The notes under the pieces are model-generated. The model was not told the origin of the DNA, ran no database searches, and was given only the letters and a program-made list of their open reading frames with translations. From the NCBI GenBank assembly GCA_009103225.1, contig RHPI01002438.1, positions 633,790 to 687,542 on the forward strand: a stretch of 53,753 nt of DNA, written 5' to 3'. This DNA comes from Chlorokybus atmophyticus. Lineage: Eukaryota > Plantae > Mesostigma and Chlorokybus algae. The position numbers were made by a program, and so were the translations under genes. Shown one piece after another: positions 40,416-53,753 of the stretch (position 1 is its first letter; the number at the start of each line of letters is the position of its first letter).

Positions 40416-42990
40416 AAGTTGGCAATCGTTCGGCTTCATTCAATGCATGCAGGTGCAGCTCGGTGCAGGCAGCGCAAAATCTTCTTGCACCCATTATTAC
40501 ATAAGCACGTACTTGCTGATGACTCGACATGTTGTACATACTGGACATATTGCATAGTAGCTGTCTTCTAGTACCTCAGGGTTTGGAATGAGTAGCAGCC
40601 ATGGCACCATATTGCTGCAAAGCTTGTAATATCCTTCCCAACAGTAGTTTATGTGTATTAACTGTTTATTTCTTGTAGTTGGTCTTGCATGCTTTGGTCT
40701 GCTACATAATATGTTCACTTTGAGCTATACTTGTGTCGCTGCACGAGTGTGTGCAGGTCGAATTTGCTGGGTAGGTGACCTGCCGTATGCGGCGTCTTGT
40801 CCGAGGTTGTGGCACGCCACAGCTTAGTTGCAGCACTGTATGATATTGTACTAGCATTGGCTTGGTGCATGCGATATGGCAAACATCCCACTTACAAGCA
40901 AAACGTCAACCACTATTGTTTTGCATATACATTGTTTGTACATGTGTGACGCTGTCAAGGCCAACTGACTGTGCCCGTGTAGGCAGGTGAATACGACATT
41001 GTACCACATGCATGCTGGTGGGAACTAACGGGGTAGGGGGTAGGGCATTATGCAAGCTTAGCAATAGCCCGGTACCACCGGTGGTATGAATATAGGCGTG
41101 TTTGTGCATGTGTTGAGTGCTGAGTGTGGTGCATGACATTGCATGTGAGGTAACTTTGCATGCAAGCCATGGAGCATACTTACTTATACACGTACTTGGT
41201 TGCTAATAGTAAGTTAGCATGTAGCCCGGTCACCGGGCTATATGCTTATTTACACATGCAACACCACCGGGCCCCGGTGGTGTTGTATGTGAGAGTGTGT
41301 TGATGATGATGTATTGACTGCATGTATGTGACGAATGCCGTGTGCCTTGCATGCATGAAATCCGCGTTGCATCTTTTGTACATATACACATACCGTAGTG
41401 TTACAAAATCTTCGTAAAACAATATCTCCGAGAGCACTTCTCCTCATTTTGGCAGCCAACTTTAGGCAGTCCAAAGTCTGTAAAGTGGAATGCATCGTTT
41501 GGCGGGGTTCTCTTGGAAGAACAATAAATACAGTATGTTATTAAGGCCGTTAACAAAGATTTCGGAGCACTACGGTACACACATACAGCTCAAGCTTGAT
41601 GTAGATCTATGTAAACATTTACGTAAACACTGGTACGTATGCTTGGCTAGCATGTTCATCATACTGGGTCGCTCAGCTTCAATTCGCTATTTATGTGCAT
41701 CTGTATCATCCATTCCATGCTTGCGTTCTTAAGATATTGCATATGCATACCTGTTTGTATCCAATCTTTACTTCTATAAGGTAAGTTACATTGCCTTGCA
41801 ATTGCAGAGGGCCTCCACAATTGTACACCGATAACAACACAACATTTGCGACGCCAAAAAAACGTATGTTATCTGCTAATGGTACATGTCTCTTTAAGAA
41901 AATCATGTAATATTAGCAAGTACCGTTTAAAAAATTTGCATTGCGATAGATATGCATGGGTTTCATTGGCAGCTGCCAAGTGTAGTGCTACCAGCCGCAG
42001 TACCACCTGCAATGCTACCATCACATAAAAGACGCCACAATATAAGCAATGACAACCATTGCACAACGATCGCATTATCCCACGCAATGCCACATCTCCT
42101 CCGTCATGAGGGTCACCAACGCATGTGGAGGTCCTCCACAAGGCATCGCATCCACCGCTTTCCCGCCTTGGTAGAGCATTGCCCATGTCTGCGCTCGCTG
42201 CAGCTCCAACCGCGACATATAATAGTCACTCTTGGTCCGAACCAAGATCTTGAAGATGATGTAACATGAATTGGTACAATCGGCTCCTGTTGTATCGACA
42301 ATGATTTACCACAGCCGATTTGCCTCATGATGTTTCTTTTAAAACTACATCCTGCGGCCTCAAGAGAAACAACATGAGAAGCATGCAGCATGGTTGAAAC
42401 AGCAAATGCCACCATGTAAAAGATCAAAGCATCGCACAATAGATACTATCATGAAATGATGGCAATATGCAGTTCTTTATAGCAATATAACATCCTCATG
42501 TCATGAGGGCATTCGGTGGCACACATGACACAAGCTTGACTTGTCCTGACCAAGTCAAGCTTAGCAGTTGTGCACGTGCGGCCCTGTTACAAATGGTTTG
42601 CCAGCATGTCCTTGCTGATTTTATGACAGAAATCCTGGTTTTTCTTGCAACAATGCTGTACGCCATGTCAAATGCCACGAAGGTAATGTTGGTACACCAA
42701 CCTCACAAGCCATGCAAACAACCTGACTTGTGCTACAACTTGGACGAGACATTGCATATGGCGGGTCTACTAACCAGCAGATATAACCTGCACGTGCCCA
42801 TGCGAGCGATGCATACAAACAGCCTCTTCATTGTGCACATAGCAAACTGGAGCCTCTGAGCATGCGGTACAACATGCACGAGTTAAACAAATCGTGCACA
42901 CGACCTATTACTGTGAAAAATATGGCAAGCCTTGCGGCAACGTTGTGCCACAGTTGCTACTTATTCAAAGCCATGAGGTACTAGACGACA

Positions 42991-43028
<38 letters not shown>

Positions 43029-43183
43029 GCAATACATGCAGTATGTACAACAGTGTCTACTATGTACAGTGTCCGATCATCAGCAAGCTCGTGCTAGCAT
43101 AGTGACGGATACAAGCAGAACGTGCGCCTGCAATGAGCTGCACCTGCGAGACGCATTCAATGAAGCCAAAATGTTTCCGACTT

Positions 43184-46100
43184 CTAACAGCTTCCCCCTC
43201 CTCCTCCTCCTCCTCCTCCTCCACATCCCCCTCCTCCTCCTCCACCGCCTCCACATCCACCTCCACCTCCGCCACCTCCACATCCACCTCCTCCATATCC
43301 CCCTCCTCCACATCCCCCTCCGCCTCCTCCGCAACCACCACCTCCACCTCCACCTCCACCTCCTCCACAGCCACCACCTCCCCCTCCGCCGCAACCGCCG
43401 CCACTCCCACAGTCTCCGTTGTTGGTGGTCAACACGACGTATGGCACATATGTATTGGAGTTGGAACTGGAGGTGCTGCATGGCATTGCTGTTGCATTTG
43501 CATAAGGTGGAGGTTTTTTTCCCGCACCCGCAGCAGCAAGAAACACCTGACGCATACAGCGTGTATGTCACACTGCACGTTGTGCGAATGTGCAGTACTG
43601 TTGTTCAAAACCGGATGCACACCAGAAGACGACTATGTTGAAAGACGTGTTTTTCCATTCCACGCGAGTGCGTTTGTGCATGTGCACGAAAGCTAAATTT
43701 TGTGGGTCACACCTGGTTCTTCTCCATGACGCTGGCTTGGGGCTGCTGTCTGCTATGCACGTGCTGTTGACCGCTGCGCAGTTGTGTCCGCGCGTTGTCA
43801 CGCCATACCTCCTGAAGACACAACCCTATCAAAATTGATCATGTCTCAAGGGAGATGAGTGTTAGCGGTTGACAACATCGTTACGGTGCAAAACTGACAA
43901 CTGATGTTGGGTTTACTTACGATTTCCTCATCAGTCAGCTCCTTTGCCACCGCAACACGCGCTGAGATGAGGCGCAGCACGCCGGTTGCGAACGCGAAGG
44001 CCACCAGCTCCGGAACTGCATCACAACACAAGAAACACAAAACAGTCCTCAACACCCGCATGTTGACTCAACCCCACAGTATGCGGAAAGGGCGTGTTGT
44101 GTCCTATTGCAAAAGAGAGGTGCCTTCTCTCACCAGCATTGGAGTCTGCAATTTGCAAGTGGCCCAATGCCAGGTCCAAACGAGTGACATTTGGAATGTC
44201 TATCGCTGAGGCGTTGTGCTGCAGGTTGCACAGCACTTTAGCTTCTGAACCTGCCTGTGGACATGTGCTAGCAATAAGGTCGTGCTTGTTCACAACGCAG
44301 GTATGCAGCATCCGCAGACCAATCTTGTTGTCAGGTTTCACTGCACCGAACCTTGTGCAGACGAAACGCCAGCAGTTGAAATGACCCTGGGATGCCTGGG
44401 ATGCCTGGCTTGCCCATTACCCCGGGTATTCGCGGGCACTTCTCACCCGGAACACCTGCAGCACACGCCGGTGAGTGACAAACACACGTACACAATCGAA
44501 ATAGAGATGCTGTCCCTGCACTGCTTGTTGGACTCCGCTCTAGTTGGCAAACAGTAAGTGCGCACGTTCGTGTACACGTGTATGCGTAGTACAAGTGTAC
44601 ATGCATGTGTACATGTGTACTTACTCTTCTGTTTGTCGACCCAAGTGCCTTTGCACACGCCCCAGTCACCACCGCGACCGCGTATAATCATTGCGCGCTC
44701 GCCATTTGCTTCATCCAGTGTGACAGTGACCAATCTAGCATCTACTTGCTGCGGCGTGGGGAGCTCGTACGGCCCGCTCATGTGCGCTGTGGCCTCAACC
44801 TCGCGCGACTTTGCATCTCTCACAATCACGCAAGCCCTTGGAGCATGCAGCGGTGGCGCGGGACAACACCCTGATGTTGTGCTCGCGTCGTATGACACCT
44901 GCAGTAAAAGAGTTTGTATGCGCATCTCTGTCTCTGTGGTTGTCCATTTGTGCGCGCCTACAAGCGCCACGCTTTGTGCATGCGCGCTTGTGCGTATGCA
45001 TGCTGTGTCAGCTGTACACAGCTTGTGCACAACAACAATGAATGCGACAACTGCTGGGGTGTTACCTGCACAGTGAAGAGCACCTTGCCATGAAAGTCAC
45101 ACACAATGTGTGTGGCTGCATGGCCGCTCGTAGGTGTTGCGAGTGCGAGCTGCCCGCACGGCATGCTCACCATTTGAGAGCTGTCCTGCTTCACCTGCCA
45201 TGCACATGTTGGATGGCACAACTTTGCCATCTGTACAGTACGGAGACTGTATGTTGTAGTGTATTGTTCTTGGAGGGGTGAGCGTACCGCAAAGATGTCT
45301 TGAAGATTGCAGGGCGCGAACTCCCCAGTCAACACTTTTAACAGCAAGCCGCAGGGTGTGCCCTGAAGGTTTCCAACAGCACTGTCTGCGCACAACACAA
45401 CACACGTGGTGCAGCATTCAACGATTATATCAATTGCTGCACCGGACAACGATAACAACAATCTGTACTGTATAGTGAGAGTAGTAAGACACCTGCAGTT
45501 GCAAGTGCTGTCTTATCTCCCATTGATGGAGCAACCGTCACGCGATACTCGCCAGCGCTCGTACTCACAGGCATCCGGCATGGCCACGCAGCCGCACCAC
45601 TCAGCAAGTCACGCACGGACAGCGATTGGAGCTTTACGTGCGTCCCAAAGCTCACATGCATTGCGTCATGTACACCCGTGTCCAAGAGCACGTTGACCTC
45701 GAACCTCCACTTGACGGTTTTGCCCCACATCCTCCGGCCGACGCGCTCGACGATGCCCATGTTCTTAACCCAAGCGGGGAAAGCGGGTGTGAGCATGTTG
45801 TGGTTGCGTGCATGGTTGCGTGGGTCAAATGTGTGCTTTGCGCAAGGGATTGCCAGACGGCATTTCAAGCCGGTCCATCGGAATGCAGGCTTCTTCACAA
45901 TGACAGTGATTGCAGAGACGGCTGCGGCGAGGTCTGCAGTAGGAAGCATGAGCATGTATGTGAGCCGCTGCTGACATTGGGACACATACATGCTCATACG
46001 CGTGCGGGAGCACGCGCATGTGTGCTCCCGCACGCGCATCCCGCACCCGCAACCAACCAACCTTGAGTGTATTGTGTTCTGGTGCCATTGCTGCCGATTG

Positions 46101-47794
46101 TTGTGGCAGGGTTGCCCCGCAGCATGCTCCCGTTTGCTTCGTACACGTCCGTAAACCATTCGGCCCACAGCGTACGCGCAGCCTATTTGTGAACACAGAC
46201 AGGGTTTGCACCTGATATACGCACAACTTATACTCAATAGTGTGCAAGCTCAGGAGAGGATTGAGAAGAGTGCTTACTGTGGCGGCATGGCTGAGTTGGG
46301 ACCCAGGAGTTCTGTCATTGAGGGTGTCATCATGCTTGAACACCTTGCCGGCCCACTTTGTGGTCTCGAGGGTGTACAGTATTGGGTGCATCATGTGCGC
46401 GTGCCACACCAAATCAATGTCAAACGACGGTGCCATACACACATCCGGACTCATCTCGTGCAAGTAGCAGAATTGCCGGTACCGCTTCACTGCCGCGGGC
46501 AAGAACACTTGCGTGTCCGCATAATGCGGAAGTGCCACCTGCAGAAGCACAAGGCGTACCATACCATCTAGGTTCAGCACGCTTTCATCAGCGTGCGAGT
46601 TGCAACAGGAAGAGAACCACATGCACGCAGATTCCTGTATGCTTTGTGTGATTGTCGGCACTTGTTGTGTGTGACACATGCGTACATACTTGGACACGCG
46701 CGCACGCATGCAAACTTGCACACACACGCACATGCAAGCACCTGATAGATGAACACAGCTTGGCGCAATGCCGCCGCCTTTATGTCATACTTGAACTGCG
46801 ACACAAATTCTGCCGCAATACCGCTGGCAATTGGCCCATCAAGCTGCAGCTCAAAGGGCACGCCGGGGTACCGTTCTTCCCACGCAGCGCGTGCATGCTG
46901 CTGCGCATGCAGTCGGTCCTGCATGTCGAGCAGCGTGTGGTCCAGCACTCTGCCGAACACATGCTGCATATCGGAGGCGTAGATTGTTGGCGACAGCATG
47001 TGGCATTGCCACACCCATTGCACGTCCACGGGAGGAGCAATGGTTGTGGGCTGTATGGAGCCGCCTGCAGAGCAATTGCTGCGGGGTCACCCAACGAGAA
47101 TCTGTTGTTGTCTACACCATACACAACAACAACACCAAAACCAACAGCTATCACTGCGGCAGCAGCAGTACCAACCGCACCTGCAAAGTCTACAACTACA
47201 ACAAGCAACTGCGACTTCACGAAGAACAACATCAACAGCAGCAGCAGCAGCAGCAACACTAGGAACAACAGCAATATCAGCAGCACCAGAAGCAGCAACA
47301 GACAGTGCAACTATCAGCAGTACTGCTGCTGCCAACAGCAGTGCTGCTGGGTAGTGAGCCAGGCTGCAACTCACTTGCTAATAGAGGCAGCCAGTAGGTT
47401 TCATAGCGTTGCAAAGCCGCAGTCAGCTCGGGTCCATCTCCCAACAGACTCGGCAGGGTCAATGCAACCTGAAAGCAAGCGGCACGTGTGAACGGCAACA
47501 AGCATTGAGTGTTGCCACTTGAGCAAGAGATCAAATGTGGCGCAGGGCTATGTTGCAGGCTTGCAAACAGCAGCAGCAGCACAAAGAACTCACTTCAAGC
47601 AGCTGGTGTCTGAGCCTGGCTGCTGCGGCGGTCAAGTCCAGAGAAGACTGCACACATGCCCAGTGCAAGTAAGCTGTAGCAAAGCGTAATTCCCATCATA
47701 CAGAGAGCGGCATGCAATGCTGTGCGGTGTGCAGGCACAACGTACTTACCTGTATGATGTCGTCAAACCTGGAGTCTGGCTGACGGAGGGGCAT
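43184..47794 (-). CDS. Glycine-rich domain-containing protein (GRDP/DUF1399-like), copy C, 15 coding exons, apparently intact
   Basis: Same exons, intron phases and motifs as copy B (MPLRQPDSRFDDIIQ; RYETYWLPLLA; APSFDIDLVWHAHMMHP; GRGGDWGVCKG), with a longer Gly/Cys tail ending GSC-stop at 43184. Confidence 0.88.
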
Positions 47795-48405
47795 TGTCCG
47801 GCCTGGCCTGGCCTGATCTGGACCCAATCGCTTCGGCTGCCAGGCTACAGCTGGCAAAACGCTGTGGTACAGTGCAGCAAGCAGTGACTCCAGCAAGTCC
47901 ATCTGCCGGCGAGCGTTTTCACACACATGCAGAGCATGAGGACTGCTTGCCTTTGCTTATTGGGGCGTATTGCATGAAAACAGAGGCTCGCCGCCCAGAC
48001 ATATTGCTCAGCCGTGGGGACTGGCTTGCGAATACCGTACTGCCATGCAGCTTTCGTCCGTTTGGTGTATTGCTTAAACGTTGACAAACGTGGAATGTTG
48101 AACAGCGTTTGAACTGGTACAGTCTACCCGCCGTGGTTCAAAGAGAATAACCCCGCTTATAGCATAGAACGTGACATGATGATCATTGACATTATCAACG
48201 TGTCAGAGGCAAGTACAGTATTTGAAATACAGCACCGAAGAAATAATGACTACAGTCTGCCCTCGATCTAAGCACATCGTTAGTTACCGACCATTCTGTG
48301 CTTACAGCAAGGTGTGACACCTTCGAAGCAAGCACATTGTGACTACTGCAAGCTTACCTCGTTTTAAGCACCTTGTGCTCAGATCGAGGAAATTTGCTAT
48401 GTGAA

Positions 48406-48411
<6 letters not shown>

Positions 48412-48469
<58 letters not shown>

Positions 48470-48524
48470 CATATATATGTATATACATATACATATACAT
48501 ATATATACATACATATACATATAC

Positions 48525-48570
<46 letters not shown>
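48412..48570. repeat. Compound microsatellite: (TG)n followed by (AT)n/(ACATAT)n
   Basis: Directly visible. Confidence 0.95.
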
Positions 48571-48573
<3 letters not shown>

Positions 48574-49853
48574 TTACATGCACGTATACTTTTATGTATA
48601 TATAAGCTTATGTATGTAATCATATATGTTTATAAATGTACATGCACGTATACATGTTAAAATCATATATATAGGATCTAAAGGGAATGCACATGTATAA
48701 AATGTACATGAAGTATGGTAAAACAATGCACCCTATTTATCTGCGGCAATCAAAACACATGCTCAAAGTAAATTCAAATACATCTGGAGGTATAGCCGCA
48801 GCTTACACTGAATGTATTTATTTAAATGCGTATATGTGTATGTATGTATGAGTATGTATGTGTGTGCACACGCATGGTCGTGCACATAACTTACATATGT
48901 GCATGTAGAAGTGTGTGTATACGGCAATATACGTATAAACAATGCATTTTCACTTTGTTACCCTCTTTACAATCATAAAAGGCAATCATGAAGGGTGCTT
49001 GCAGTGAGTGTGATAGTGCTTGGATATGGGCATAACTTGTCTGCTGCACGTTGGTTCCCTAAACAAATGTGCTTACCACAAGTGTGACTGCAAGGAGGTT
49101 GGGCTGTAAAGTGGAAGCATATATGTGTCAACCTCTGAGTTCAGTGTAGCTTGGTTTGAACTCACAATTGTTACAACAGAGATGGTACATAAAGAAATGA
49201 AACTGTTGAAGTGCTGTCTCGTATAGTTAGCTCGTATATGGTAGGTTACCTGATGCTACCAACTGTATATATGTTGTCCACCAACCTCACATTGATGGGT
49301 GCACATTTCGACCAATACAAACTACATATTGCTGTAGATAATTGTGCAATGCCTGGTCGGTGCTGATACAGCAGTGCTGAGATAGCACTGCTGCGTCCTC
49401 TTGCATACCAGGAGGGGCCTCTTACATCTCCCCTATATGCGGGACGACGTGCACTATTACTTGCATGCTGAGTAGAGTTCATTTGGTCCTTTTCAACCTG
49501 CCACCGGCTTGTGCTTGGGTCAATGAGTCATGTGTGGGCTGCTGCGGTTGCCCTAAGCACAGCCTCCGCTTTGAAGCCACATGCAGCACGCTGAGACTCT
49601 GTTCAATACGCATGCATGGCAGAGTGGAGGATGTGGCATAGCACGCATACATTGGAACTGCAGCATTCATGCGAATCAATCTCGCGGCGAGGTTGATTTG
49701 CATGCACAAAAGTAGCATATATATATCTCGATCGGTAACCATATATCTTCCACATGCAACTCAGTATCTACCTTCAGCTGACATTTGTGCCAATGCCAAG
49801 AGGGACTGGAAGTCAACTGACCCCCTGCAACTGGCTACGTGTGTGCGTGCGTC

Positions 49854-52635
49854 TCACTTGCCGGCTCCACCCAGCCGCAGCGCCTGCAGGATGCGAGCCT
49901 GTCCGGGCGCCGGGTGCGGGCCGGCGTACTTGCCGAGCTGCGCCTCGGAGTTGGCCTTGGCAAGCGCAACGAGCATGTCTTGTGCAGCCTGCACCACCAA
50001 CAACACAAAAGCGAGTGAAAGTCAACAACAACAACAATAACAACGATGACGACGACACTGACAGCATACAATCAACAATCCTGTCCCCACCTTGACATTG
50101 CCTGGCTCTCCGGCCCACGCCTTGAGCGTGGGTGCCTGCAGCGCCCTCCCGTACGAGAAGGTGAGCTGCCACGGGTACGGCCGGTACGCCTGCAGCGCCT
50201 GCAGGTTGAGCGTCGACTCCTCGGCGCTCATACCACCGCTCAAGAAGTGGATGCCTGCGCACAATAGTTGTCACAGTTGTCATGCGTGTGTGTGTGCGTG
50301 TGTGCGTGTGGTCGTGTGTGCGTGTGTACATGCATGTATATGTGCGCACACATGTCATGCACACACACACGCACACGCATGACCACCAACAGCATTACTG
50401 CTATACGCTAAGTGATGCATGCAAGTTGAGCCCTATACTATGCTACTCACTTGGCACAGCTGCCGGGACAGAGCGCATCATCGTGCGCACGGTGTACTTT
50501 GCCACCTCCTCAGGAGACGCCGTGGGCGCATCCAAACCTGCCCACCACAATGTAGATGTTATTGATCACGATGTCGTGTTACCTGATTTCGCCCCTTTTC
50601 TTGGACACACTCAGCGCATACCTGGGAGGATCTGCGACATAACATGCACAATTATGTTAATGCAAGCGCGTGTGCAGGTAGGGAGCGGAAGTGATGTTGG
50701 GTGGGTGCTTACCATGTTGGGCTTGAGAAGGATGCCTTCAAGGACGATGTCATATTCATTGAGCAGGCGGAAGACGTGCGAGTTGACGAGCTCCGACACG
50801 TATGCCGTCCTCTCGATGCCGTAGTCGCCCTCGCCGAGAGTCACCTCTGGCTCCACGATTGGGACCAAACCGTTCTCCTGTTGCAACCCCAACAGTTGGT
50901 AAGACTCGACTCTGGTTGCGTATGCATGCGCGCACGTGTGTGCATGTGTGTGTATTGATGTGTGCGCGCGCGCTTGCCTGCATGCGTGTCTGCAGGCACA
51001 TGCGTGTGCATGTGAACGCATGTACACTTGTGTGCGTGTGTGTGCATGCTTGAGTCAACGCGCGAGCCAGTATGTGCAAGTGTTTGTTGTTGTGTTGAGC
51101 CATACAAGTCACAACTCCTCACTTGGCAGATCTGGGCGTAGCGTGCGAGTCCGTGCGCGTTCTCGAGTATGGCCTTTGATGTTGGGCAGGAGTCCCCGTC
51201 CACCTTGATCACCGCCCGCCACTTGGCGAACCGCGCACCCTGCTTGTAGTACCGCTGGCAACGCTCCGCCAGACCGTCAAGACCCTGAATGAAACAGAAT
51301 ACGCACATATGATGGGGGAATGTTGCGTTGCCACATTTTGTCACACAAACACAAAGAGTTGTGAGCGACTGCACAGCAACATGTGTGTGTCCTCTCCCCC
51401 TCACCTGTGTCGCGGTTTCACCGTCCGTGCCGCCAATCGGCTGCAGCCCAGTGTCGACCTGATGAAGACGAAATCATTCTGCGAGTGATGTATACGAAAA
51501 AGGTGCATATGCGCGTGTTGCTACTCGTTCAGAGACTGCAATACAATCTGTTTTTGATACATCGATTTGCCAACGTAATTGCCCTTGTGTGGGACGCGAT
51601 TGCCATTACATAGACAATTGCACACTTGCATGTGTGCTCGCTAGTACGCCTGCCACGCTATATGCAATATTGGGACAGTCAGACAGACCCCACCCGCCCA
51701 TATGCGCACACACAATCACCACCACCACCACCACAACAACAACAAAACCCACCTTGATGCCCGGCAGGATCCCCTGGCTTTTGAGCACGTCCACGAAGGG
51801 CGTCCCGTCTTTGCAATTCTGGAAGAGCGTCTCGTCGAACATGATGGCGCCGGAGATGTACTGACCCAGTCCAGGTGCGGTGTAGAGCAGCTCGCGCCAG
51901 TCGCGCCGGTTGTCGGGCGTGTTGTCCATACCAATAGTAGCAAGCCTCTTACCCGTCGTCGCGTTGGACTCATCACTGGCAAGAATACCTAGGTAAATAC
52001 TTGGTTAGTCGAGTATCAAATAAAATGATATATTACATAAGGTGTCCTACCTTTGCCTGCGCTTCCAATGTATGCTGCGGTCTCCTTCAGCTCGTCCACG
52101 AACGGGTTGCTCTTCTCAAAGAGGGATGTCATGGAGACTGTTTGTTGCTTGGTTGTGATGGCGGAGGCTGTGGCGGTGTGGGTGGAAATGTGGGTGTGGG
52201 GGAGTCTTGTGCCGATGATGAAGGAGCTGCTGCTGCTGCTGCGCGGGGTCGCGTCTGAAGTGCTGCGGCCTGCTGGAGTGGTGTGTTGGTTTCGTTGTGT
52301 GTGTGTTGTAAGGGGCGCAATACTGCGAAATGCAGCGAGGTGAGATGCATTGGAATGTGAGCCTGCATTTCATCGTGGGAGGATCAGGCACACGCACGTT
52401 TGTGTGTGTCTGAATATGCGCGGGCTGCATACACACACGCACGCACGCACGCACGCACGCAATGCACTCGATGGCTGCTACGCAATGTGTGACGCTGTGT
52501 GTCTGCTCCAACTGAAGCCATACTCCAACCCAACCCAATGCACCCCACCCCACCTGTGAGCGTCCTGGCGGGCGTCACTGCCGCCGGCGCGACGACGCGC
52601 GCCATGGAGACAGCTGTTGCTACGGCGGCCGCCAT
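49854..52635 (-). CDS. FBA: Class I fructose-bisphosphate aldolase with a probable plastid transit peptide, multi-exon
   Basis: [127 protein letters not shown], ending [13 protein letters not shown]-stop (49854). The N-terminal exon [25 protein letters not shown] plus a Ser/Thr-rich segment resembles a transit peptide; the acceptor joining them is inferred. Confidence 0.93.
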
Positions 52636-53753
52636 GCCTGCTGCCTCCCTTTCACTTGCGGCGGCGGCGGCGGCGGACGAGGAGAATGTCGAGGAGGTGG
52701 CGAGGGAGGTGCAGGACGACAGCGACTACACTGCGGATGGAGTGCCACGGTGTCACATGCTCGGATGCCCGGGTGCGGGCACGGTGAGCTGCTGTGCAGT
52801 GCGCGAGCACGCGCGAGCCCGCTCCGCCTCACGCTTTTATCCATTTTGGCCTTGTGGATGGGTCCCCTTGCGCCATCGCTACAAGAGACCCGAGTTCGCC
52901 TCGGTATAGGCGGGAGGGAATATGTACTGAGAAGTGCATGAGACGGCACCTAGCTAAGGACTCCTTGGCAAGGAGTGCTTTGGCATTGCCAAATTGACAC
53001 GGACTCGCAAGCAAGCACTTATGCGTCATTCACACAAAACGTTGCCTAGCAAAGGTACATACATGTTGCATCAGTAACACACACTTTCAACACTTGTTGA
53101 CCAAGCACAAGCTACAGTTTATGCTTTATGATGTAACACTGATATTGCATAGCGTGCATGTATATCACATCGGTATAATATCACATTCATTGCATATATA
53201 CAAATGTGTATTGTATATTCACTTGCTGCAATTGGTTGGTGCACCAACAATAAATCGCATTATAGGTTGTCAACGTGACGTAATGCACGCCGTTGATTAT
53301 TGTTACGTGTTCAAATGATTCCCATTTTACTATGAGCGCATAATACTAATTTGTTGCACAAAGTACAGAACGTGAGATTATTCATGAATATCATAACAAT
53401 GTACACTTATGACTTGGTTGCCAAATCATGACCTAACATAAACCGTTCAAAGAATTTTCCAAACATTATTTCTTTACAATTTATAGCACAAGAAGGAAGA
53501 GTTGTACCCCAAGGTTGATGTCATCTTGAGATGTCAACGGGGGCTATCTGAGCGTCCGTCCACCCGTCCTTGTGTACGTTGCTGCTGAAGCCCGGGACTC
53601 ACCTCTCTTTGCCCTTTCCATGCGCGCAGGTCGCGACTCTCTGCTTGTTGATACCCTTGCCTGCATCCCACACACCCGCTCCCAGCTGAGGGTCTAGCTT
53701 AGGGTCTAGTTTATTGTCCGTTGCTATGAGATTGTAAGCTCTGTCTTGCCCCC

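Noticed and set aside
41461-41484. Minus-strand FTDFGLPK resembling a kinase DFG motif
   Set aside because: No HRD or VAIK motifs in a compatible order and no coherent ORF or exon chain around it.

Overview
Eukaryotic nuclear DNA, most likely from a green alga. This is inferred from plant-type eIF3g, eIF3c and CTP synthase sequences, an algal-type class I aldolase with a transit peptide, many GT-AG introns full of (CA/GT)n and TGCA-rich sequence, and plant-type telo-boxes. Gene order: the 3' part of a kelch-repeat gene (+), eIF3g (-), an intergenic stretch with a Tc1/mariner-like MITE and a direct repeat, an unresolved multi-exon hypothetical gene (-), a P-type cation ATPase with a non-standard PEEL/SGES signature (+), CTP synthase (-) head-to-head with eIF3c (+), then a ~19.5 kb block of three paralogous 15-exon GRDP/DUF1399-like genes in alternating orientation (- + -), and a fructose-bisphosphate aldolase (-). 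GRDP copy A has lost its Gly/Cys tail through a nonsense change and a frameshift. The spacers between the inverted copies contain an AT-rich island, an assembly gap and several perfect hairpins. There is no CRISPR array, rRNA or recognisable tRNA. Gene models were spliced by hand, so the outer coordinates are more reliable than individual exon borders. I found no clearly new multi-gene system; the best leads are the GRDP inverted triplication, the telo-box promoters and the atypical ATPase.
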